DNA of 64,000 nucleotides from Salpingoeca rosetta (Eukaryota > Protista > Choanoflagellata): the NCBI GenBank assembly GCA_033442325.1, contig JAWQFM010000002.1, forward strand, positions 2,229,315 through 2,293,314, in the 5' to 3' direction. Of this stretch, positions 31,815 to 45,981 are shown in pieces. Every line of letters starts with the position of its first letter. Position 1 is the stretch's first letter. The position numbers and the translations under genes are program-made. Below the pieces are notes generated by a model, which saw nothing but the letters and a program-made list of their open reading frames with translations, was not told the origin of the DNA and ran no database searches.

Positions 31815-33505
31815 TCACTGGCCCCACGTCTCTGCTGTCTCCAGGTACTTTGCTTCCTCCGCCGTTGTCTCACGGCCCAGGGCCTTGTTCCGATGCGGAT
31901 ATCGTCCAAACTGCTCCAGCACCTGCACAGTGTGTGTGTGTGTGTGTGTGTGTTGGGGGATGAGAGGCTTAACAACACCTCGTTCATCTCCTTCAAACGA
32001 ATGCATAAGCACCACGCACGCACGCATGCCTGCAAGCAAACACAGCCACAAGCAGCCACAAACGTGCACGCATACCTTTGTGTGGGATTGAAGATAGCCG
32101 TATGCTGCGTCAATAAGCTTCACGGCCCCCTGGCCTTCGTCGCCATAGCTTTCTGCCTCCTCCTTCATCTGCTGCAGCTCAGCTGCCATGCGCTCGTGGT
32201 GGGCGAGGTCCTCGCTGTGCTCCAGAGGCATCAGCGCAAACATGCGCTCAACAGGCCGCAGCTCACGCATCCGCCCATCATCTGTGCAACAGCACAACCA
32301 CGGAGAGTGTCGGTGAACGACAGTGGGTGAGGGGTGAGAGAGAGTGTGTGTGTGTGTGTGCGTGTGTGTGTGTGATTAACAAAGTGAAGAAGAGGCAAGG
32401 AAGGAAGAAGGAAGACGAAGGGCAGAGCATATGTAGCACATGTGTATCATGGTGGGGGAAGGGGGGGGTTCTGTGCTCTGTTGAAAGCAAACGCACGTGA
32501 ACACACACACTCTCTCACTCTCTCTCTCACACATACACACACAGAGCACACTCTCTCACTCTCACTCCCTCTCTCACTCTCTCTCACACAGAGCACACTC
32601 TCTCACTCTCACTCCCTCCCTCACTCACTCACTCACACTCACACGCACCAAGGAGTTGTAGCGTCGTGTTCAGAGCCAAGCTGTCGTAGGAAAAGCACTT
32701 TGCGGAACCGCGAAAGATGTTGCGGGTAAACTGGTCGGTGAGCAGGATGAGGGCAAGTGACGCGCGCGGGTTCTCGCACGCAACCCAGCTGTCATATGCC
32801 TTGTTGTCGTCGTCCAGCTTGGCCAGATCCCCAGCAAATTCAGACCGGATTTGCTGCATCGCACAGAGCACATGTGATACGTGCCAATGTGTTGTGTACA
32901 GCATGAATTGTGGGTGCGAATGTATTTTTTGTGAGCGTGTGAGTAACGGTCAAAGCACCCATCCGCTTCGATGCATCAAACAAGCACACACGCACGGACA
33001 CACACACGCACGGACACGCACACACACACGCACCACACGCACCACACACACACACACTAACATACACACACCTGCACACACACACGCACCACAGACGCTG
33101 GTGACACAGCTGTGGACCAACCTCGTCCACTTCTTTGCCGCCAGCAAACCACAGCTTCATTTGGTGCGGAAGAGAAGCAAGGTACGCTGTCCTGGCCACG
33201 ACCTCCTATTAAGCAGTGACAACAATGGCGTTGAGCACTGGGACACGTGGTTGGACTTGAACACGATGAGGCGCAAGGCACCACAAGCCACAAGCTGTGA
33301 TGAAAAGAAGAAGATCACACTTCATCTTGCACAACCAACCAAGCAACGAGCACGAACGTCACGCCATGCTCAATCAGAGTCTCACCGTGGTCGACGGTGA
33401 CGCTGGCCAGTGTGGGTCCTGCCCAAACCAGAAGGTGAGGATGGCGCTTGCTCGCGCAGGTAGTGCTTGTCCAGCAGCCGTCGCTCGTGCGAGGAACGAT
33501 GCCAT
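31815..33505 (-). CDS. DUF924 family protein, 5 exons
   Basis: ILTFWFG, KLWFAGGKEVD, LALILLTDQFTRNIFRGS, RMFALMPLEHSEDL and FGRYPHRNKALGRETTAEEAKYL are characteristic DUF924 motifs. Confidence 0.9.
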
Positions 33506-33722
33506 GGTGATGGCGACGATGAGGGAGGCGACACTTGCGCGGTGGTCGATGATGGTGATGGTGATGGTCTGCACTGCTTCCGCTGCCCTTGTTTGGGTTT
33601 GAAAGCTAATTGAAGATATTGCGAATCCTCCCTTTCTGCAGCCAGTATTTTTTTTTCTTGCCAACCACCAGCGCCAGACAACAAGCACCACCAACCACCA
33701 CCACCAGCCAACAACCAGAACC

Positions 33723-34481
33723 ATGGTGCGTGTGCATGCCGTGTGCGTGTATGCTTGTGTGTGCATGCTTGTGTACGTGTGCGTGTGCGTGTGCGTGTGT
33801 GCGTATATGTGTGCTTATATGTGTGTGCGCTCTTCTGTTGCCTCACGAAACCGTGGAAAACGCTGTGGTGTGTGTGCAGAGCGCCGAAGTTGAGGAGACA
33901 CTCAAGCGCATCTCCGGCCACAAGGGCGTCGAAGGCATTGTGATTCTCAACAAAGAAGGTTCGTGAGTGTGTGTGTGTGGGGAGAGGGAGGGAGTGTGCG
34001 TTCGATGTTGTGTGTGCGTGTGTGTATTTACGAGGGGCATGGGTTGTGTGCGCGCCCACATTACCACCGCCTGACGTTTCCTTGAACATGCTTTGCCTTG
34101 CGCAGGCATTGCCATCAAGTCCACGTTGGATCAGACAGCCACAACACAGTATGCAGGCCTCATTTCCTCGATTGCTGCACAGGCGAGCCACGTCGTGCGG
34201 GAGCTTGACCCACAGGTGTGTTGTTTCGCATGCGCACTATTGCTGCTGCTGCGCTCATGCATGTCGCGTGCTAGCGATGTGGGTGGATGTATGTGTGCGT
34301 GATTGCGTGTGCGTGTACTTTCGTGTGTATGTGTGTACTTTCGTGCATGCGTGCCCTTCAGTTTCATCTTAGTCATTGCGCCAGCTGACACCTTCCACTT
34401 GTGGCTCCCCTTTTGCATACTATAGGATGGATTGACGTTCCTCAGACTGCGATCAAAGAAACACGAGATCATGGTGGCACC

Positions 34482-34532
<51 letters not shown>

Positions 34533-34761
34533 TGCGAGCGAACTTTGTGTGCGTGGGTTTACGTGTGTGTGGTGCACCTGCATACTCAGTGCTGATGCAT
34601 TCAAAGGCCCGTTGGGGCGTTCGTTCCCACGCGTGCATGAACCCCTTGGTTTTGTTGCACCCGTTTCCAACTCACACACCCCTTGTGCGTGTACTGTGGC
34701 ACTGCGTTCAACAGACAACGATTATCTGCTCGTCGTCATCCAAAACCCAACTGACGCCTAA
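33723..34761 (+). CDS. DYNLRB: Dynein light chain Roadblock/LC7, 5 exons
   Basis: M|SAEVEETLKRISGHKGVEGIVILNKE|GIAIKSTLD...YAGLI...VRELDPQ|DGLTFLRLRSKKHEIMVAP|DNDYLLVVIQNPTDA*. Confidence 0.95.
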
Positions 34762-35196
34762 GCTCAAGCTCCCCTTCATCTCCACACTTCCTCATCCTCG
34801 TTGTTCTGCGCTTGCTTCTTTCCTTGATATGTGTGTGCATGCTGCATGCTGAACGGTTGATGTCCTGCTGTGCAATCGTGAGTCTTGTGACTTGGTGTGT
34901 GTGTGTGTGTGTCTGCCTGCCTGTCTGTTCATCTGTGCTGCGTTGCTTTTTTTTTTGGTTACAGTTACGACACATGCCTGTGTGTGATGGCCATGTGCAT
35001 GTGTGACTTGTTGGTGGTAATGTTGTCGCAGCTTGTTGTGTAATAGACGCTCCCCGACACACCTCGTCATCGCTGCCAAGTTTTGTGTATGTACATGTGT
35101 GTGTGCATGTGTGCGTGGATGCGTGCATGCGTGCGCGTGTGTGCGTGTGTGTGTGTGTGTGCGAAGTGAGTGTGTGTGTGTGTGTGTGTGTGCGAA

Positions 35197-35278
<82 letters not shown>

Positions 35279-35396
35279 AACCCCCTCTGATCGTTACGTG
35301 TGGAAATGTAGCCTCTGATTCGTTGTGCTGGTGATACCCGGATCAGCAAGCACGCTCGTGTGGGGCTGTGTGGTTGGTCGTGTATAGATATCCATA

Positions 35397-35498
<102 letters not shown>

Positions 35499-35754
35499 GC
35501 GCGCGCACACACACACACACACAGCGCGGAGATTTCGTTCAGTATGTACACACGCATGTCAAGTCGGCATTGGATCAGAAATGAAGGAAAGGGGCATATG
35601 CCCATGCTGGAAGCTCTGGATAGAATGGAAGGAAATCTAGTGAACAGAAGCAAAAAGCAGAAGAGCACAAGCGGTCGTGGGTGGTGTGCACCCTTGCACT
35701 GTGCCTGGTCTGGTGGTCGTAGATGACACTGGCACAGCACATGAGTTGCGTGCT

Positions 35755-37118
35755 TTACTTGCGATCCGTCGTTTGGAACACCATCAGCATGTGCTTGTCG
35801 TCTGCGCACAGGGTGGATGGGATGCAGATGCACACGATGGGGTTAGCGTGCGTTGAATGTGCGTTGAGTGTGCGTGAGGTGAAAAGAAAGGTGATACGTG
35901 CTGTGGAAAGGTGCAGAGGTCATACGTGATCAGGTTGGCTGAAGACGCCACGCCAAACACACAAGCACGGACTTTGACCAGCTGTCACCCTTCACACTTT
36001 CACACTTCAGCTGTGAACTGCTCAGTGTAGTGTACACACCCTTCTCCCTCGCTCGGGAGCACACAAGGCAAAAAGACCAGTCGACAGCGCACACACCAGG
36101 CGTGATGAGGATCTCGCGCTTCTTCGTGCGGATGCGGAGCACACTCAAGTCGTTCTGGCATGGGGAAGAAAGGTGAGGGGTGATGGGCACTTTCACACTT
36201 TTCACAGTGAGACCATGCACGTCAATGAACGGCCGCCTCACAGGCAGTCACTCTCCAGAAGATCTCGTAGTAGATAGATGAAACATGACACTGACAAGGG
36301 CGCACGGTAAGGCACACCCAGACTCCCATCACCCAGCACACCGCCTCCACATCGCAGAGCTCAAGGAGGCCCAGCTTCACGCACACTGGTTTGGGCTCGA
36401 TACTACTGCCGTACCGTTGGGTCGACTTCGCGCACGACGTGCTTGGCCGTCCTGGTCATCTGTACCCAGTTCTCTGCGCTCTTGAGGGAGCCTTCCATCG
36501 TGGAATGCATCACCATCCCTGTTGCATCGTGGTGCGACGTGACGTGGCAGCAAGCAAGAGCTAATGTGTGAGTGTTGGTGTGCATGCATCCAAGGAAGAC
36601 GCACAACAAGAGGTCTAGCGGTACTCTTGGGATTGGGAGGTGCTGGCTCTTGGAGGTGCGCATCGCTTCATGACAACAAGTGTGTAAGGACGCACACCCT
36701 TACGCACACGCACGCACACTCATACCCTTGTCGCCAACGATAACAACGCCTTCTGTGCCGTCACGCTGGGATATGCGCTCGAGGATGTCTGCCGTCTCCT
36801 TCTGCAGACATGGCGCGTCGCAGAGCAAAGGCAAACAGAGCGCACACCAAGCACGGAAGTGCAGATGAGCCCACCGACAGCGGTAGAGCACACGCGCAAG
36901 TCTACATCTCAACAGTACTGTTGCAAGTGACATCGACGAGAGCCCACAACACGCCGATCGCAGGAGCAGCGCGGTGACAGCATGTCTACAGCAAAGGCCA
37001 GATAACACACACGCAACAACACAAGGTGTGTTTGACCGAGACAAGGGTACTGCATCACTCCAGCATTCCTGCTGCCGACACGCACCACAGCCGACATGTC
37101 TGCCTTTCCGTTGCTCAT
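35755..37118 (-). CDS. Second, divergent Roadblock/LC7 paralogue; first exon tentative
   Basis: (MSNGKADMSAV)|KETADILERISQRDGTEGVVIVGDK|GMVMHSTM...VVREVDPT|NDLSVLRIRTKKREILITP|DDKHMLMVFQTTDRK*. Confidence 0.85.
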
Positions 37119-37561
37119 CTTTGACGCGCGTGTGTTGCGTATAGCGTGTCTTGTTGTGTCTATGAAGAAGCGAGGAGGTGGGTGGTAGGGTGGTGTAAGA
37201 AGGTCTGTCGCAGTGTTGCAGTGTTGCGAATGTACTTGTTGTGCCGTATTCGTCGTTGCCAACGTGAAAAATCAACTGATATCAAGGAAAACCTGAGCAA
37301 GGTCATGTCACGCGCATGATGTGTGTGTGTGTCAGGGCACCTGGCCGCAAGTTGGTTGGGACAGTGCTCAGTTGCACGTTTTGTCCCGCAACGCGGTTGC
37401 ATGTCGATGTGTATGTCTGTGTGTGCATGCGAATGCAACAGGAGAACAGGGGTGGGTCGACTCTCACTTGCGTGATCTGGGTTTAATCATTGAGTGGCTG
37501 TGGTGTGTTCCAGAGCTTTTCGTGTGCATGTGTGTACAGAGGGGTGGCGGCATCAGCCAAA

Positions 37562-37646
37562 TCATTGTGCGTGGGACTTGATGTTCCGAGCAAACCACAG
37601 GGGGATTGCACTCAACTGTAGGCATGTGCGTGGGTGTGTGAGTGTG

Positions 37647-37716
<70 letters not shown>

Positions 37717-39593
37717 GGTGGGTAAGGGTGGGAGTGAGTGTGTGTGAGTGAGCATAGGGTGAGTGAGCTTTGATGTGTCTCGCACTACGAGTACTCGCGC
37801 ACACACGCACGCACGCACGCACGCACACACGCACACATTACAAACTCTTTATCTTACGATGGCTGTGAAGAAGAAAAACGCCTCATAGCCCATGTGCTCT
37901 GCAAACACGCCGGAGAGGATGCTTGCTGCGCTCTTGCCCACCAACTCCACAGTCGTCAGTGTCGTGTAGAATGTCGCCGTGTTTGGCGTCCCAGCGACGC
38001 CTGGCTGGCTCTGAGGGGCACGCACATGCATGAGTATACGGGCCACACAGCAAGGAAGGAGAACAAAAATTGAAGTGGCAGTGGTGGCGACGGAAATGAT
38101 GAGGAGGGTGAGAATGAAGGAAGGACATGCACCCACTACCAACGAAGCAGTACACACTCACAGAGAGGAAGAGGAACAAGCAAGACAGAGAAGGCACACC
38201 CTCACAAACATACGTTCACCCACACACATACATTCACCCACACACATACAGTCACCCACACACATGCATTCACCCACACACATACGTTCACCCACACACA
38301 TACATTCATCCCCCCCCACACACACACACCTGCGCCATCATGAGGGTAAAGACTGCGGTGGTGACAACCCCGCCAGTGATGGCTTCGGTGGCGATGAGAG
38401 TCAATATGGGCAGCGGCGAGTCTGCAGAGACGGTGAGAACAGCAGCAAGCGCACGGCCAAGCTGTGCTGCCACACGTAAGACGCCCGACACCAGCAGCGT
38501 CGTGCGAGCACTGAAACGACCAGAGCAGTAGCCACCTGTAGCACGGCGAAACACAGGTACAGCATGAGACAAGCGGGTGAGGAAGGGAAGGAAACGGAGG
38601 GAGGCAGGAGGAGCCGAGAAGCAAAAAGAGAAAGAAGAGGAGGAAGAAGATACAGACACACACACGCGCGCGCGCACGTACAGACACACACAGGCACACA
38701 CACACACACAGACACACACACGTACAGACACACACAGACACACACACACGCACGCACGCGCAGACACACACACACACGCGCGCGCATACGCACACACACA
38801 CACACACCTGCGAGAGAGCCGACGATGGAAAACGCACTACCGATGACGCCGGTCCAGAGACTGACCAGGTCGGCCTCCACCCCTTCGTCAAGCAGAAACG
38901 GCTTGAACATGACATCCGCCATCACCTCGCCGCTCTTGTAGGTGAGCAGCAGCAGCAGCAGCGGACGAACAGCCGGTTGCTTGAACTGGCGAAGGATCAT
39001 CCCAAACACCTCCTTCATCTTGTGCACAATGTCCTCCACGTCGTGCGCCACCGCAGGCCGGGCTGCTGCTGACGTGGCAGACGCTGTGTCGCCCTTGTCA
39101 GCGGATGTGGCTGGAGCCGACTCCGTGATGGGCCCTTTGTGCATGAGCAGCAGGGCAGCCAGCCCCATTGTGACGACGGCGATGACACCAAAGCACCCGA
39201 GCCACGGGTTGTCGGCAAAGTACCACGGCACGAGCCCACCAGCCAGCATCATGCCGGCCTTGAAGCCCACGACTTGTGCGGCGTTGCCAAAGGCGAGCGA
39301 CTTCTCGTCCGTGAGCACGTCGATGGCCAGGCCATCTGTGGCAATGTCTTGAACGGATGCCGCCAGGTTCATCACAAAGATGACAACCAGCATGTGTGGG
39401 ATTGACCGCGATGGCAGTACAGTCAGCGCCGCACCACCTAATGTCGGTATGGGAGAGAGAGAGAGAGAGTGTGTGTGTGTGTGTTTGTGAGTGTGTGTTT
39501 GTGAGTGTGTGAGTGAGTGAGTGAGTGAGTGAGTGAGTGTGTGTGTGTGTGTGTTTGTGTGTGTTTGTGTGTGTGTGTGTGTTTGTGTGTGTT

Positions 39594-39637
<44 letters not shown>

Positions 39638-40086
39638 AGTGAGTGAGTGAGTGAGTGAGTGAGTGAGTGAGTGAGTGAGTGAGTGAGTGAGTGAGTGAGT
39701 GAGTGAGTGTTTGTGTGTCTCCCCGCATTCTCACTACCTCCTCCGTTTCCGCTGTCTCTCTCCCCTTCTCATTCCACAGTCCTCTCCAGAGACTGACCGA
39801 TGATGATGAGGCAGGGCACAATCCATGACTTGCGACGGCCGAAGCGAGGCCAGTAGTATGAGTCGACGAGCGGCGCCCATGCCAGCTTCACCAGCCACGG
39901 CAGCGAGAGGATGCCCAGAGACGAAATCGCCGACAGGGACACGCCTTCCTGGCGAAGGAGGATGGGCAACGTCTTCACTTGCATGCCAAACGGCAAGCCC
40001 TGCACAAGATACAACATCAACAACAGCACCAGCTCACCCCACCGCACACCGCCACCGCCAGCACCACCAGCACCACCACCTGCCAT
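37562..40086 (-). CDS. MFSD3: MFS transporter, MFSD3/AmpG family
   Basis: LYLVQGLPFGMQ, LSLPWLVKLAWAPLVD, GRRKSWIVPC, ASVQDIATDGLAI, LTYKSGE, MFKPFLLD, ATFYTTLTTVELVGK; last exon LSAIPLWFARNIKSHAQ*. Confidence 0.88.
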
Positions 40087-40286
40087 CTTGCTTGCTTGCT
40101 TGCTTGCTGCTTGCTGCTTGGGTCGTCCTTCTTTCTCTGTCAGAGTGCACGACACACAAAAAAAAACACACAAGAAGCAAGCACACCACAACAACAACAA
40201 GACGGGCACTCCTTTGTGCATCGAATCAAATTTTTGTTGGCCCACGAACAGCCGCCAAAAGAAGAGAAAAGGGACAGACAAGCACG

Positions 40287-40324
<38 letters not shown>

Positions 40325-40905
40325 AGAGAAAGAGAGACAAGCAGACAGAGACGACAGGGGAAGAGACAAGAGGCAGCGTGAAGGGCACGATCAGGTGCAG
40401 TCGGCGAGGGTGACAGTCGGCAAATCCAGAGTCCAAGTAGAAACGAAGAAACGAGGAACCAATGTGCATGCGTGGTGTGTCTGTGAGTAAGTGTGGGTGC
40501 AAGCATGTGCATGTGCATGTGCATGTGCATGTGCATGTGCATGTGTGTGTGATCATTGGAGTGAGAGGAGTTGGTGTTGTTGCAAGGTAGCAAGGTGCTT
40601 ACCTTCCTCGCCGAGGCGAGGATGGCTCGTTGGTTGGGACGCCAAAAATGGCACCATACCAACTCACCAAAACAAAAAAAGGAGGGGAAAAAAGTGAGTG
40701 TCAGCCGTCCACTTCCGGGACTGACTGGTACCTAAGAGAGAGAAAAAAAAGTGTGAGGGTGTGGGGGGCTTAGTACATGTGCATGTGACCGAATGTACAT
40801 GTGTGTGGTGGTGGGGGGGGTTGTGTGCGTGTGTCTTACCTTAATCAGTGCTGAAAGCACTTTTGGGAGGCCCGCGATGTGTTGCCACCACCACCACAGC
40901 GGTGG

Positions 40906-41005
40906 NNNNNNNNNNNNNNNNNNNNNNNNNNNNNNNNNNNNNNNNNNNNNNNNNNNNNNNNNNNNNNNNNNNNNNNNNNNNNNNNNNNNNNNNNNNNNNN
41001 NNNNN
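40906..41005. other. Assembly gap (100 N)
   Basis: Run of N characters. Confidence 1.
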
Positions 41006-41079
41006 GTGTATGTGTGTGTGTCTGCGGTGGTGTTGGTGTTGGTGGTGAGGGAGAAAAAAAAAACAAACTCTTTTCTTCG

Positions 41080-41152
<73 letters not shown>

Positions 41153-41592
41153 ACAAACAAACAAAACACACACACACACACTGGCTGGCTGCTGGGGTTT
41201 TCTCAGCAAAGTTTCTTCCCCCATTTAACCAATCACCTGCGACAAGACAGAAGACACGCCCATCTGTCGAAAGTTTGCCAATTACAAAGCGGCAAGCGGG
41301 AGCGGCATTGACAGATTATCGTCAACGCGCCATTCACAGCCACGCCCCCTTTACCAACATTTTACCACCTGTCTTTCGGTTGGAGGTACGCCACTGCCTT
41401 TGCACAAAAGCCAAAGCTCGAGCTGTCGAGCTTTGTCAGGTATTGTTGTGGTGTCCCATTCTAGCATTCTGAGCTTTCTGTGCATTGTGTGTCAAATCAT
41501 GTCACATCAACACGTTGCCTTTCATCTTTACTCAAGGACCTAAGGACACAAGGCACATGCAGAACCACAGTGCAGCAGCAGTAGCGGTAAGT

Positions 41593-44305
41593 TTAACACA
41601 CGCCTACACAACAACACAGGCAACCAGGGTGCACTGAACGGCCCGCCAACTGCAGCGCGCACTCGCACAACGCACAACGCAGCGGACGGCCACAAGAACC
41701 CATGACAACAGCGTACACCGCATCGTTCCCGGCGAGCGGCAGCCACTCAAACAGGCAGGCCGTCGCGTTGACGCGCACATGCACCTCATTTAGCGCTGTC
41801 ACCGGTGCAGCCGGCAGCGTCGTCACCAGCGCAGGTGCACTGAACGGTCCGGCCACGGCACTCGTCACACCGTGCACGCTCACGTTGTACGGCGTGGCCG
41901 GGCGAAGGTCACTGCTCGTGTATTCCCTGGCGTTGGTGTTGGTGTTGGTGGTGTTGATATTGCGGGTGTTAGTGTTTGTGTTGCTGGTGGTGTTAGGGTG
42001 TGGTGCCATTGGTGGTGAGTGTGATGATGCGGTTGAGGGGCCGGCGGCCAGGGGTTTCCATGCGCGTCTCCACGATTTGCGCATCATACGCCACGATGCG
42101 GCCGTTGGCGGGGGTCGGGACGCTGATGTTCACCCGCACAGCGCGCTGCCGCACCTCCAGCACCAGCGGAGCGGCGGGTCTGCTCGGCACATCCTCCGCA
42201 GTCACAACACCTGCTGTTGTAAACCCGCTCACCCCGCGACCGTGCACAGCGCGCACACGCACGTCGTAGGCGGTGAACGGAAGCAGGCCCGTGATTGTGG
42301 CGTGCAGCGGTGTTGCCAACTCGTCCATACTCGCGGGCTCGTGATCAAGATAGCGACTGCACATGGGGGAGGGGTGCGTGGGTGTGATTTTGGGGGAAGG
42401 GAGGCGTGTGAGGCCAATAGTAGAGAGAGAGAGAGAGCAAAGATGAAGGAGGCGTACTGTGTGCATGGATCAGGTTTGGTGTGGATGTGTGCAGCAGAAA
42501 TGACGCACAGTGGAAGTGCACACATGATCGTTGAGATTCGAATCGGATATGAACGTGCTCTGACACACACACACACACACACACACACATGCGTATATAC
42601 ATACACACATACACACACAACACACACTCAAACTCACACTCCCCTTCACCACACACACACACACTGAGCCTCTTGTCACATACTCGCCACTGGTTGTGCG
42701 GGAGCGGTGTGCGCGTGTCACCAGGAGGGAACGAGGTATTGGTGCAGGTGACGGGGAGCCACGCGTCCGTGGTGTTGTGAAGGCGAACATCGAGCGTGTA
42801 GTAGTCGATGGGAGCAAAGTTGCCGTGGGGCCGCGTCCACGCAGCGGTGGCACTTGTCGGTGCTGCCGATGTCACGTTGAGTGTGGATGGCGCATCAGGA
42901 TCAACTGCACGTCGCGGCATGTGTGTGTGTGTGTGTGTGTGTGTTGGGTGCGTGTGTGTGTGTGCGTGTGCGGGTGGGGTTACGTGTGAGTGTGTCAATG
43001 TGCGCACGTATCTGTGAAGGGATGTGTGACGCTGGTGCTCGCAAGGACAAACCCCATGAGTAAAGGCGTGTGCATGCGTAGTCTGTCTGAGCAAGCAAGT
43101 ACACGTATCATGTCCTCATGCAGTGCGTGTGTGCGGGCGTGTACGTGTGTGTCGTGTGTCTCATGCGGGTAGGTGTGCCACACCTCGGGTGCAAATGGTG
43201 ATTGGCCCCATTGTATCTGCGATGAGGTGACCAGCCACCCTCTGCGGGGCGGCGCATGCGACAAAGGGGAGGTCTTGTACAATGGAAACCGCGTCCCGGA
43301 ACCACTCCATGCCACAGCAGTACCACGGGTTGTCGCGCAAGTACCTGCAAGGTCGCAAGTAGCCAGCCGTCATCATGTCCACATGCGTGTGAGTATGTGA
43401 GTGGCTGACGAAGCAGACAACGTGGCAATGGCGGAGTGATCCAGGCACGCAAACTGTCGAGGTGCAACGTACAGTTGTGTGAGGTTGGCCCAGCGCGTGT
43501 CGTTGTTGTACACCAGCATCTCCAGCGTGTTGTTGTTCAGTCGCCTGTGTGTGTGTGTGTGGGGGGGGGTGTGTGAGAGTGTGTGTGAGAGGCTATGATA
43601 TGAATGCAGATAGGATGAGCAAGGAAACTTGGTGCAAGGCTGCGTTTGTGGACGTGGATGTGGACGTCGGTGTTTAGGGGGTGTGCACGCACGTGTGCCA
43701 TGTGTGTGTGTGTTCAGTGAGGGGTGCTTTCGTTCTCGTCGTCTTCATGTGCACGTACAGGATGCTGAGTGGATTGTTGCCGATGATGTCAATGGAAAAC
43801 GATGCCAGCCGGTTGTCGGCCAGTCTCCTGTCATTTGTCACGCAGGCGCACGTGTTGTGAAGATGAAGACACGTCAGCACATGCACATGAGTAAGTTTGT
43901 AGCAGAAACGTACACAAAGCGAGTGTGCAGGGGTTAGGAAGGTGTGGGCAAGGAATGACGTCGTGCTGAAATACACGCGCATGTACACACACGCATACAT
44001 GCAGGGGCAAACACACACACACACACACACACATACACACGGGCGCGCGCACACACACCTTTGTTGTGCCATGCGCCACTTGGAAGATTCCTGCCACGTA
44101 GCGCCCGCAAGCGTCTGACGTGACTGTCCGTTTGATGTTGCGGCAAGTATGCACGCCGTGCTGATTGACTGCAAACCGCTGGGATGCATCGTGCTGGTAC
44201 GGCAGAAGTGATGTGTCACCCAAGTGGGAGCGGGACGCTAGTGTTCATGTTCACGGCCCCGTTGCTGCACAGGACATGAATGGCGAAAGTGTCTGAAGCG
44301 TACAC
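41593..44305 (-). pseudogene. Disrupted fragment of an LRR + fibronectin type III cell-surface protein
   Basis: LRR exons RLADNRLASFS and RLNNNTLEML; LRR C-cap YLRDNPWYCCGMEWF; FN3 repeats (PDAPSTLNVTS...AAWTRP...YYTL, ITGLLPFTAYDVRVRA, LRPATPYNVSVHG). Stop/frameshift near 41993, frameshift near 41690, stop at 44216. No signal peptide or TM segment found. Confidence 0.7.
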
Positions 44306-45059
44306 CTGCGAGCATGGAAGAGGAAAGAAGAAAAGGGGGGGGGGGTGAAGGACGAAGAAGGTTGAGTAGGTGGAGCGAGAGAGTAAATGAGAGTGTGTGT
44401 TGTGCTGTGCTGTGTAGTGTAGTGTAGTGTAGTGTAGTGTAGTGTAGTGTAGTGTTGTGTTGTGTTGTGCGCGCGAGAGAGAGAGAGAGAGTGTGTGTGT
44501 GTGTGTCTGTGTGTGCGCGCGTGTGTGTTTTCTTCTTGCTTGCATGCAAGCACGCGCACTGATACGAGGAGTGCATGCAGACGCACGCAGTGAGTATAGA
44601 TACAGACACCAATGCAAACATTGTGGGGTCAGTGGCAATGAAAGAGGCAGAAAACGGAGAGAGAGACTCGTGCACACGCTTGCACACACACACACACACG
44701 TACACAGACGTGTAGAGGCTCACGCTCACACGAACAAGCACAAACACACACGCGCGCCTGCATGCATGTGCCTCACTAACCAGGACGTGTCGTGAAATTC
44801 GTCACTGGCTGGGCAACTCAATACGGTGCTCCGATGTTGGTCGCGAAATAGATGCAAGTCTCGCAGAAGTCAAAACGGTGCTGGACTCAATAATTTTACC
44901 AATCGCCAACAGCGGCAGCAGCTCATGCACTTGCCATGTTTGGCAATGACGCCATGTGAGTGTGGCAACGATCAGTTGGCAGGGTGCACCATCACATTTC
45001 ACGGTGAACAGTACACGCAACACGCATTCCAACACCAACACACTGTTCTGCAATCAACG

Positions 45060-45795
45060 ATGGGTGTACGTGGCTTCTGGTCTCTGTTTGCAGACAGCAC
45101 GGTGAGTGTGCACCTCGCAGAATTCAGCGGAAGCAGGGTGGGGGTGGATGCAATGATATACCTGCACAAAGGGGTCGCGGTCGGACGCGGAATTACGGTC
45201 TGCACAGACCTTGTTGGGCGTTGTTCCAGGTTGAATATTGTGCCCGTCCTTGTCCTCGATGGTCAGGCACCGGTTATCAAGGCACCTGTACAAGCGAAGC
45301 GGCAAAGGGCAGCTTACCAACGAGGGATTGCCAGGCCGAGCCAGCACCAGTTAAAGGAATGGGCCGCCAAAAATGGAATCGGTGAGTCTGCTGGTGATAC
45401 AAACTTGCCTTTGTTATGTTGGTGTTGTACAGCATTCGCACCGCACCAATCCTGTCGAAAACCTTCCCACACGTTTCACGACTCCGTCACTGACGCCACC
45501 ACACCCCTACAAGCAAACGCACAGTACACCCCGCCCTAATGCAGTTCATGCACGCACCCATGTCTTGTGTACGTGCGGCGAAGAGGTGATACAGGCGCCC
45601 GGCGAAGCTGATGCCATGCTTGCCCACCTTCAACTTGAAGGCCAAATTGCAGCCATACTCACTGAGGATAGTGACCTGCTGGTGTACGGCGCAAGGTGAG
45701 AACTGGGCGCACGCATGCACATGTAAACAATAACACACACACTCACTCATACACATACACAAGCAAACGCCCACGCATACATTCATATCCACACG

Positions 45796-45829
<34 letters not shown>

Positions 45830-45930
45830 AGCAAACACCCACGCATACATTCATATCCACACAAACACACACACACACACACAAGCAAACACCCACGCAT
45901 ACATTCATATCCACACGAACACACACACAC

Positions 45931-45981
<51 letters not shown>

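Noticed and set aside
38205-38310. 18-bp tandem unit (cacacacatacattcacc-like) repeated about 5 times; similar 21-bp units at ~5250-5315 and longer units at ~45765-45930
   Set aside because: Intronic minisatellites with no unique spacers; not CRISPR-like.
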